Positions 55,106-64,000 of a stretch of 64,000 bases of DNA are shown here, piece by piece. The DNA comes from Epithemia pelagica (taxonomy: Eukaryota > Protista > Bacillariophyta): contig OX337236.1 of assembly GCA_946965045.2 (NCBI GenBank), positions 3,100,001 to 3,164,000 on the forward strand, given 5' to 3'. Both the position numbers and the translations under genes were made by a program. Under the pieces are notes generated by a model that ran no database searches, was not told where the DNA came from, and was given only the letters and a program-made list of their open reading frames with translations. Position 1 is the first letter of the stretch. Each line of letters starts with the position of its first letter.

Positions 55106-56179
55106 TCATTCTCGGAACAGGTACCATTCGTTTGGATGCTGCTCACAGAGTCGACGGAAACACCACGTATTCTTGTCCAGTAGTGGTAATGTCGCACAGG
55201 GAGGTTTGAATCCACCACCAATCACGGCAACTTGATTGGCAGCAGTCACCATACTGCAGTGAAAGCGGTGATTCCCAAATGGTGGGAGATTCCACAGGAA
55301 GTTGCGGCTCGTATCCAATACTTCCACGGGTTGTCTGCCTCCTCCTGCTACAACCAGACAAGATCCCACTGCACATGAACTTCGTGCATTGGGAAGCTCC
55401 AGCTCAGAATGAGTGGTCCAACTGGACGAGAAGAACATGACTGTAGCAGCCATTTCTTCCCGTGTCTTCTCATTTTCACAGGGTGTTGCATAGTCCAAAT
55501 ACTCCACCGAGTCAAGATTGCCATGCTTGTTATGGCCTCCAACGACAAAGATGCGGTGGCCAATAACCGCACTGGCACACCAATGTCGTGGAACAGTCAT
55601 GCTTGGTCCCGCAGTGACAGTGTGGTTACTGGTATCAAGAATATCCACTGACGACAAATAACGACCATTGTAGCCACCCATAACAACAATATATCGATTG
55701 TGGACCGCAACAGCACAACATCCAAATCGTTGCGTTGATAATCGACATGTCAATGTCGTCCAATGGCTCTCAAGTGCACTCAAATCATTAGAGTCAATCC
55801 GTTCCATACAATCCAAAGTTGAACCATGACTGTACCCTCCAATCACGTAGATGCCTCCATTGCACACAACAGCGGCATGTCCTTCACGACTCTTGTTCAT
55901 GGGTGGTCCTTCTCGCCACTGTTTGTCTGGGTCTGCTAAGTTCAATAGAAGGATGGAATTGACCTTGCCTTGGCCTTGTTGACGTCCGCCCAACACGACG
56001 ACCGTCTGCCCCCTGTTGTTGCTAGCGTTATCCGTATCGGGATGATTTAGTACGACTGAGGCATGATGCTCGCGCCATCCACCCTCAAGAGGAGGCCAAT
56101 CGTTTTCATTCCATTCTTCTCTCTCATCGAGAAGGACAAGGCCCGACTGCCATGCTTGTTCTTTCAGTGTCATGCTCAT
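55106..56179 (-). CDS. Kelch-repeat protein copy D (357 aa, C-terminus about 22 aa shorter than copy C)
   Basis: Same N-terminus MSMTLKEQAWQSGLVLLDE; kelch repeats intact; early stop after YLFRE. Confidence 0.8.
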   Translation of the reverse strand: MSMTLKEQAWQSGLVLLDEREEWNENDWPPLEGGWREHHASVVLNHPDTDNASNNRGQTVVVLGGRQQGQGKVNSILLLNLADPDKQWREGPPMNKSREGHAAVVCNGGIYVIGGYSHGSTLDCMERIDSNDLSALESHWTTLTCRLSTQRFGCCAVAVHNRYIVVMGGYNGRYLSSVDILDTSNHTVTAGPSMTVPRHWCASAVIGHRIFVVGGHNKHGNLDSVEYLDYATPCENEKTREEMAATVMFFSSSWTTHSELELPNARSSCAVGSCLVVAGGGRQPVEVLDTSRNFLWNLPPFGNHRFHCSMVTAANQVAVIGGGFKPPCATLPLLDKNTWCFRRLCEQHPNEWYLFRE

Positions 56180-56439
56180 GGTTGTGACTACAGAATTTAT
56201 GAGGATCAAGCGAGACTAATGCAGAGATTGAAAATTGCAATGCGTTTTTGGGCTGGACTGGGATTGCTGATGGGTACAGACTGCCGCATGGAGTGAGCAG
56301 CGCCACGTTCCATCAGAGTGGTGTCTGTCCACGCTTTCCAAACAGTGTGTCGTGGTCCCTTAGTATCTTGGTCGTTTTGTTGTGAAACGAGGGGAGAGGG
56401 AATGTGGTGAGCGGACAACAACGCGTGGAAGCTTTTGAG

Positions 56440-56760
56440 CGAAAGTGTCTGTCGTGCGCACGGTCTTTCGAGGGGGAGTAAATCGCACATAAACTTCATG
56501 ACAGCACACCACCAAGCACGCACCCATCATGTTCAGGTTTTAGATCCGATCCGATTCGACATACTCCTAGTTCGGAATCCAAGTGCATCTGTGTGTTCTA
56601 TACTTGGGGCATTCTCTCTTCTCCAGGAGAGAACGATGACGACACGAAGAGTCCTTTCCGACCGCTGCTGCCATCTCCGAAGCGTTACACAATACACAAC
56701 CGAAGGAAGGACGAGCACTGAATCTGGCCGTTGCACGAGACCAACATGCAACGTTATGTT
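56440..56760 (+). pseudogene. 5' fragment of the DDAH-like gene upstream of kelch D
   Basis: Inverted copy of 35020-35330 with the same junction sequence (CATGCAACGTTATGTTTGTTTGATTGG). Confidence 0.75.
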
Positions 56761-56898
56761 TGTTTGATTGGAACAACAGAATGAGGATTGGGTTGAACGA
56801 GAAAGCTACACCATCCCACTATGGTCAAGGCTTCCAACACGCGTGTGCATATTCGTATATTCAAGGTGACTTCCATTCCGAGAGCGGGGACGACAGCG

Positions 56899-57590
56899 GA
56901 TCCGAGGGAAACCAAGATTCTCCGAGCCGAGTGCCGCTGGAATCGACCAGTGATGATGGTACTACTGGTACTTCAAGATAATTATGGGCGGCTCCTGCTC
57001 CAACAACAACAACGAGTGGATGGAACTGAACACGTCACCGTTCCCTGTCGATAACACCCACCCCAAACCTCAAGAAATTGTACTAAACTAGTTTCTGGAA
57101 TTCCTCCCATTATATACTCTAGAAACCATTGCACCAGTCACTGTTGTTGGTTCACACACAACAAGAGACTCCACTTGTGTCCTGGCCGAGAGTAAGTTGT
57201 CGGTGGTTGCGTGTTGAAATGGAACGAATCTCTTGGTCTGTTCGTGGTAATGGATCATTTCCAGCAGTCATTCGGTCGTTCGGTATGGTTCCTTCCTTAT
57301 TCTGAGGTGTGGGTACCGGAGTACCGAGTTGCTTGTCTGACCCTGACAAAATGTGACGAGGCGACGTAGTTTCGTGATAGTTTCAAACTGACAATGGGGT
57401 CGCCCGGCGATCAAGTCATGGAACGAGGTTTTTAGGTGTATTTTGCGCGACGGGGCCTCTGTCACATTGGTATATAATGTTTCAGTACATTTCTACAACA
57501 TGGTGTACTCCATCGAGCGTACCCATCCTCTCTCGTGTCGCGCGAGCACGGACGACCACATACCGTTCCCTTTCCAAAATGCAAACACAA
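56899..57590. repeat. Dispersed module X, copy 3
   Basis: GATCCGAGGGAAACCAAGATTCTCCG... matches 43930-44610. Confidence 0.8.
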
Positions 57591-57706
57591 CCAAAGCCTC
57601 TGTCGAAAGTCGAGAGAGAGAGAGAGAGAGTTTTCCATTTCGACCACGAGAAACAACCACAACAACATCCTATTCCACTAATAAGGACTGGACAAACCCC
57701 GACACC

Positions 57707-59543
57707 ATGTGGTCGAGCCGCAGCGGCAAGAGTAGCCGTACGAGCCGCCAACGGGGTCCATTCACTACGGAGGCTCCAACGAATGCTACCACCAGCAGCA
57801 ATAACATGCCACCCATGCCGGCGGATTGGGCCCATGCCTTGACCCAGGAACGATTGGCCACCATGAAAGTGCGACAGCAGCAACAACAAGAACAGCAACA
57901 GCAACAACAAGAGGAACAGCAACAACAACAGGGAAAGCACTCTTCCTTGAAACAAAGGACTTCAAGGACAAGAACAACACAGAGGATCCTGAATGGAATG
58001 CCACCATGAAGGCGGCCTGGTCGTCCACTCGTGACGACACTGACCCACCACATTCACCACAACAAGACGACGACGAGGATGAAACGGAACCATCGATTGA
58101 AATTCTCGAGGCCCTCCACAGGGACCCCGACGTGGAGCCTACGGAACACAGCACCACGCAGTCTATGACAACGACTACCACAATCGACCATCATTATCCC
58201 TCCTTTGAACAACAACAACAACACGCCAACGACCATCCTTCTTTGATAACCACCACCACACGTCGTCCCACGACTACAACCACCACGGCCTTGGCCCGTC
58301 ATTATGCCCAACGCTATCACTACGTTTCGGAAACCTTGCCCCGGCAAAAATGGCAGGCCCTCTACCACTTTTGCAGGGACCAAAACTGTGCCCCCTATCC
58401 ACCGCATCATGTCGGTTACGTTGATCTTGCCATTGTCGATTTGTACGATGGGGGCGAACCCAGTTGGATTGCCTGTTGGTCCCACTTTCGCAACGACATG
58501 GTCATCCACTTGACGACGACACCAACGACGATACCAGCAGCATTCATACCACAACGTCACCTCCCACGACCTGGTCTTTTTACACGGCCCTGTGTGCCTT
58601 GATTGAATTGACGCAAACGCCACGGTACAAACCCTTTCAAATGAATTTGGCCCGCATGTACACGCACAATTACAGTGTCATGGATCAATACGGAGACTTG
58701 TTGCAATTGCTGCGACAATTGCAAATTGATGTTACCGATTTTGAATCCTTTCCCTGGGAACAATCCCATCCCATTAGTGGTTCGGGTCGTTCGGAACCAG
58801 CAAACGACGACCCAGACGACTCGGACGAAGGGCATCTCTTTCCTCAAGCCTTGGCGCTCGCTCGTGCCTTGCACTATTATATTGATTTGGGCTTTCATCG
58901 AGTGGCCAAACCACAACAAGAACAGCCCGAACGATATGATTCGACGCAGCATCACCACACGTCCAAACAAGAACAAGACGAAATGCAATCCTTGTTGCGA
59001 CGCTATCCCAAACTCAAGGATCCACTCCTCGTGACACCTAGTTTGATTCAAGCTCACAACCGAAACAAGAACACTGCCCATCAAGACAAGCGCAACTTTT
59101 TGGCCCGGTCGGCATCCTTTTTGGTCGATGCCGTGTGGCGGCACCACACTCCGGATCGGGCACAGAACAATCACCAGCACCGTGACGCTCCCCACACCAC
59201 TACGAATGCACAGGAAAAGACTCGTGCCGGTCCCTCCTCCGCCTCCTCCTCACCCCAAAATGCTTCTTCAATTCACGTCTTTGCTTCGACGGTACCCGCT
59301 CTTCCGGCCGTGGCTTCTGCAGCCGCCCTGGCGCAAGGACCCCAAGTCGCCGTGATTCGGACCACAAGTGAAATGGAATATGGCTATCAACCCGATCGAC
59401 AACAACCCTGGGAATCGGCCACTATCAATCCCCATCGCGTGGGATTGGGTATTGCCAATGCCATGAGTCAATTGTGTTTTGATCGGACCCAAATGGCCTG
59501 GCGATACGGCTATGGAGAATGGGTCGAAATTCGAAGTACGTAG
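57707..59543 (+). pseudogene. Hypothetical protein gene with two apparent frameshifts (about 57930 and 58460)
   Basis: Three overlapping protein-like ORF segments in successive frames (57707-, 57826-, 58464-), ending in an ordered-looking block (PALPAVA...RVGLGIANAMSQLCFDR). Confidence 0.55.
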
Positions 59544-60041
59544 GCTCATTGGAACAAACAAGAGTCTTGTGTGTGTTTGGTGATGTGTGTTTGTGTGTAC
59601 ATGTGCGGACAACCTTCCAAGGGATTTCTAACGACGCGCTGCGCCGCTCTTTTTGTTGTTGTTGTTGTCCATGCCTATGCCAGACTACAAAATGCGATGG
59701 CGGTTGACACAGGTTACCGAACGATTGGTGCAAACATCGGTACGTACAGATCGGCAGCGTACTGGTGAACGATTGGAAACTGCTCAATGCTCTCGATATA
59801 ATGCCTTCGACAGAACGACAAGGAAATTCGAACCTACAATACACAAAGTGACTGGGATCAAATCTATGACAATGATCCGGACAAGGTCATTTCTTATCTT
59901 CCCGGCAAGGGAAACCAAGAAGAAGATGCCACAGAAGTGATTCCTTGTCTCGGCGTCGATCAAACCTCGATCCGGCTGCCTCAAGAAGCATTGGTTCGTA
60001 TCTTTGGGATTGGTCCGTGGATTTGGCAACGGTGAGCCTGT

Positions 60042-61860
60042 TTGCAATTAGAACTGGTTCTGCGTTTTTCGCAAGATGGGCAAGAACAGCATCGGAATGA
60101 TTTTACCAATTTGGAAATTTGCAACTATACCCTGGAACTCTGGACAGCCTGGTTGTATCACAAAAAGAATACGGCCTTTCGGGAATTGTACGAAACGGTC
60201 GGCGCCTCGGGTCAAGAAGAGTTGTTGCGACATGTCATGGACCCGTTTACCATGATGCATTCCGTGATTCATGACGAGGAACGTTGGGATTTCAAGGACA
60301 ATGCCGATAGTATTTCCATTTTTTGTACACGGCCATGTTGGGAGCAGGATTTTGGGATGCCGCCATTGTTGTGATTTTGCAGGTACGTCAACAAATTGCA
60401 CTGTGTGAATCCAGATGATGGATTATCTGTCGAACGCTAACCCCGGTCTGTATGTCCGTTGTGAACCATTCACAGGTGACCATGCCAATGATGCTCTATT
60501 TGCTCATGGTAGATTCGTACCAGCGTCGAGGAATGCCCATGGATCCAGAAGATCGACCACGTGGAACACGTTTGATGCTGGCCTTGGCCTTGTTTTACTA
60601 TGCATACAAAATTTTCAAAGATTTGCGTGTGGTGTTCATGCATGTCATGGATTCTGACTCGTCCCTGCATTCCCGGCTTTTGGCTATTTGTCGCATCGCC
60701 TGGGAAGAAGGCTTCCAAACCATGCCCACGGCAGTCGGCTATATGCTGGAAATCTTGCTCAACTCTGGATATGTCGTCGCACTCTATCTTCTCAATGTGG
60801 TAAGTCCGATACATGCCGAATGCCGAGAGACGGTATCACGGAGGAAGACGGCAAACACTCATGATACTTTCTTGTTGAGCGCAGTTTGTTCTGTTTGGCA
60901 GCGAGGACGCCTTTGAGATCTTAGGTAATGTGGTGTTGTTTGAGTTTGTGTATTCAATTGACGAAAATGTGGTGAGTTCCGAATGGTGGGATGATAATCG
61001 AAGGTACCTGAAAGCTGGCACGGTCGAAATGATTATGTCGCTGTTCATTCGTGGATGGGAAAACCATAGTATTGATACCTTTGTGGATCACTTTGCCGAC
61101 TATGTTGGAAGCGACCATATTGGCCACGAGTACTTGGAGAATATCAAGGAACGACTGACAGAGATTGTAGATCCCAAACGGAACCCAAAGTTTCTGTACG
61201 TGAACAGTACTTCACGGTATGATTGTCCTTCAGAATTAGACGAAGAGTTGTTGCCCTTGTCACAAAGAATCCGCTTTGATTTGCACGAATGTATGGGCCC
61301 AAATGCTTCCGCGAAGCAAGCTCAATTTGGACCTTCCGGCATTGCCTTTGTTCCAAATCCACGAACTCCTCTCTTTCAGAAGCACGCCAAACTGCGATCA
61401 TGGAGGCTTTGGAACCATGTATTGTTTGTTGCTCCTCCATTGAATCAGCGGCCTACTACAGACTTTACCTGTCCTTCGACGGAAAAAGACGTGACAGATT
61501 TTCGTCGTTCACCTCGATCCAACCAACAGCTCGTGAACAAGTTTTTGAGTGATTCAGACTTCAGTCTCGAAGAAGAAAAAGAGATTGTCGTTGAAAAGGC
61601 ATCGCCAGCTACTGAGTCCAATGCATTTCCTTGGATTGATGGCACAAAGGGACCAATTGTACCACGTTCTTTTGAGTCCCCTGGTTGCATCAAACTGAAT
61701 AGCTTTGCGTATCCATCATCGAGCGTGACGAGTCAACATTATGTTGCGTATCGCAGTAAGAGCGCTCGTCCCTGGTCGCATATCCACCAGTTTAATACTT
61801 TGTCCAATTGGAAGGATCGAATTGCCCATTTGCTTGAAACAAAAAATTTCCGGGTAAGTG
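60042..61860 (+). pseudogene. Intron-containing hypothetical membrane-protein gene, copy 2
   Basis: GT..AG introns 60383-60475 and 60800-60884 give DAAIVVILQ-VTMPMMLYLL...ALYLLNV-FVLFGSEDAFEILGNVVLFEFVYSIDE. The upstream ORF needs a frameshift at a T6 run that is present in both copies. Confidence 0.6.
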
Positions 61861-62249
61861 TGGTCAAGGCATCCATTTGGGTTGCTTGCATGAAATGGCC
61901 AACAGTCTCTGACTTGCGTCCTGGGTCTTCTTTCTATTGCATCGCAGACGACTATGGAAGGTCTGTCGGTTCCTCTTTATCGTTATCACAGTCATGTCAT
62001 GGATTTGTTTTGCCTTGTTCTTTCCGGCAGTCATTTTCTTCATTGTGGCATCCTTTACTCCATTCTATTGTCTTGTCAACTCTGAAGTTGGTGATGCTGA
62101 TTCGGAACATTGCTGGGCCTTTTAAGCAACGCTATTTGGCTCAGGCGAACGGAGACAATGACAATGAAGCTTCGGGACCTTGCTGGGTGTTCAGGCCGGT
62201 GCATTCGGCCGAATCAATTTGTTCGACGATAGCATTCATAAAACCTTAC

Positions 62250-62680
62250 TCAGTACCGCCTACAATATAATAATATTAGAAAACCGCATAGTGTATGTTT
62301 GCGTGACATCATAATATGGTGTATTTTGAATGAGAGAGTGAATTTAAAAAAGAGAGAGAGAACCGGTAGTAGTTTGGAGTTTGGTGACAACTGCCATAAG
62401 AGGGTGGTACAAACACGACAACCACAACAATATGGGAAAAATATAGAGATCCAACACAAGCCATGGATCCGTCCACATGACTCGCGTGTCTTGGTGTGTC
62501 TTATTGTCGTCGTCCTTGTTGTTGTTGATGGGTTACATCGCCTACCCGTTGTGGTTGTTGGGATGATTATGGTTGTGGTCCATCCAATTGCAATCCAATG
62601 CCTCGAGCTGCATCATTGGTCCTTAGTGACATGATCCTCTAAAAGGGTCAAAATTTCATGACATCAACATGACAACTCTG
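62250..62680 (-). repeat. Kinase tail plus kelch 3' flank module without its kelch CDS
   Basis: Matches 46780-47180 and, in reverse, 36840-37300; similarity stops near 62690. Confidence 0.75.
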
Positions 62681-63289
62681 TTGCAAACCCCCTGTGTATT
62701 CAAATATCAGTCCCTGTACAATACAGTACAAATAAGTACCGGTAATGCGCGCCGTTACCGACCGTTCTTCCTTTATTACCGCCTGCCGCCGGAGAGGAGT
62801 GAAATGAGGGACTTTCATGACAGACGTTCGGAGAAACTTTCAAAAATTAGACTGACATTCGGACAGACCATCCAGTGACCGTCGATGTCTCCATTACTTG
62901 ACTCTTCTTAAAGAAAATGACCCTAGTTGTCTTGTCAGTGCCACTTCAACTGCATTCCCAAGTTTAACCCTATCCCTAAAAACGAAAGTTTCCCCGAATG
63001 TCTCTCATTTCGCTATAAAGGCCTGAAAAAGTCAAATGAAAGACTTTCGGATAGCTTTTTGAGAGACGTTCGGAGTTTTAGGATAGCTTTTTGAGAGACT
63101 TTCGGGAAAACTTTTGATCCCCGTACACTACTATATAATGAACCCAACCAGCAACGAATTGTGGGCACAATACTACGAGTACTTACGAGCTCCACCGGAC
63201 TGACATTGTTACAGCAGTAGCCCGTGCTTTTCAAGGCCTCCAGTGTTTTCTCTATAGTGATTCTATTTTCGTAGGAAGACCACTACGGT

Positions 63290-63660
63290 CATTTTGCACT
63301 GCATAACACCACAATGGCACACTCAAGCCGGTGTGCAACTCCAACGAAAGGTCCTAGCACTCCTCCGACCATCAAGGAGTCTTCGGAATCAAGTGTACCG
63401 TGATGGGTGAAAAGGGCGGCATTGAGTTGGCGAGTTTGATCGACCTACAAGAACATTTGGAAAGACTTCCACTTTGGGGGTGGAAGGTCGCGACGAGATG
63501 ATCGTCATTGGAGATGGATTATGATGGAACGAACGAAGATTGCAGGGAGGGACGACAATGGATGCTTTGGTATGGATGGATGAGGCGTAGGAGAGCAACG
63601 GCAAGGACACACGGCAATCAACTGGAGGATTTCGAAGCAACCAAAAAAACTATTTATCCG
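63290..63660. repeat. Diverged repeat Z, copy 2
   Basis: Matches 48940-49310. Confidence 0.75.
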
Positions 63661-63825
63661 AAAGTCCTTCTATATGTTCCTCTAAAAGTCCCTCATTTCC
63701 CTATTCCCATAAAACAGGATTTCCGAACCTTCGCAATTCAAAGCTGATCTCATTGATTCTACTTTGTTCAAAGGTATCATCATCTTCTGTCTCTTTATCT
63801 CCACGTCCCACCGAGCGTATCGAAA

Positions 63826-64000
63826 ATGAAGTTATTGCTGCATCTTCTGGTAGTGCTCCTCACTGCGGCTCCTATCGGCGCCGTTCCTCTCAAGGACCGC
63901 GATCTGCCGTGGGGATTCCTCGTGAGTGAATTGAGCCCTACGGCTGGGTTCGTCGATGAAACCAGCAACCAGAACTACATCGATCAGTGTTCGCCCGAGT
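63826..64000 (+). CDS. 5' end of a secreted protein gene (runs off the window)
   Basis: ATG at 63826; MKLLLHLLVVLLTAAPIGA-VP is a typical signal peptide; the frame is open to the edge. Confidence 0.6.
   Translation, partial: MKLLLHLLVVLLTAAPIGAVPLKDRDLPWGFLVSELSPTAGFVDETSNQNYIDQCSPE

Noticed and set aside
46750-56350. The two tail-kelch direct repeats as LTRs of a second retroelement
   Set aside because: They are host gene sequence, with no PBS, PPT, TSD or RT between them.
20984-62980. Telomere-like TTAGGATTAGG (about 20984) and AACCCTATCCCTAA (about 62966)
   Set aside because: Only two imperfect units each; expected by chance.
33500-63600. Helitron or Pack-MULE as the carrier of the shuffled modules
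   Set aside because: No Rep/helicase or Mutator transposase, and no consistent TC..CTRR ends or long TIRs could be identified by eye; left as an open mechanism.
1-64000. Hundreds of short or antisense ORFs in the six-frame track
   Set aside because: They are shadows of real genes or products of CAA/GTT low-complexity DNA; many start at TTG/GTG/CTG and have no motifs.
1-64000. tRNA or rRNA genes
   Set aside because: None recognised; the only tRNA-related sequence is the 12-nt PBS.

Overview
Eukaryotic genomic DNA, most likely a diatom. This assignment is inferred from short GT-AG introns, CAA/CAC-rich low-complexity coding sequence and a CoDi-like copia element. The left third (1-19.5 kb) holds ordinary genes: the 3' end of a DDAH-like amidinotransferase, a large PI-PLC, an MHS-family MFS transporter, a mucin-like type I membrane protein, RanBP1 and a CAMK/CDPK-like kinase. 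At 21636-32447 a very young 10.8-kb Ty1/copia LTR retrotransposon (minus strand) splits a kelch-repeat gene. It has 721-bp LTRs that are identical by eye and a GCTAA target duplication. Its layout is unusual: non-TG..CA ends, gag followed by an extra ORF behind a single in-frame TAA, a ~1-kb non-coding spacer carrying a 212-nt rod-like RNA fold and a pseudoknot-like element, and a separate intact pol ORF with a hydrophobic N-terminal extension. From 33.5 to 63.6 kb is a rearranged patchwork of duplicated modules: three more kelch copies, DDAH fragments, kinase 3' tails and several frameshifted genes (GT10 fucosyltransferase, VOC/glyoxalase, sulfotransferase). An intact Crinkler-type NTPase+REase gene lies inside it, in a ~6-kb block bracketed by direct repeats. 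All alignments and family assignments were made by eye from motifs; no database search was possible.
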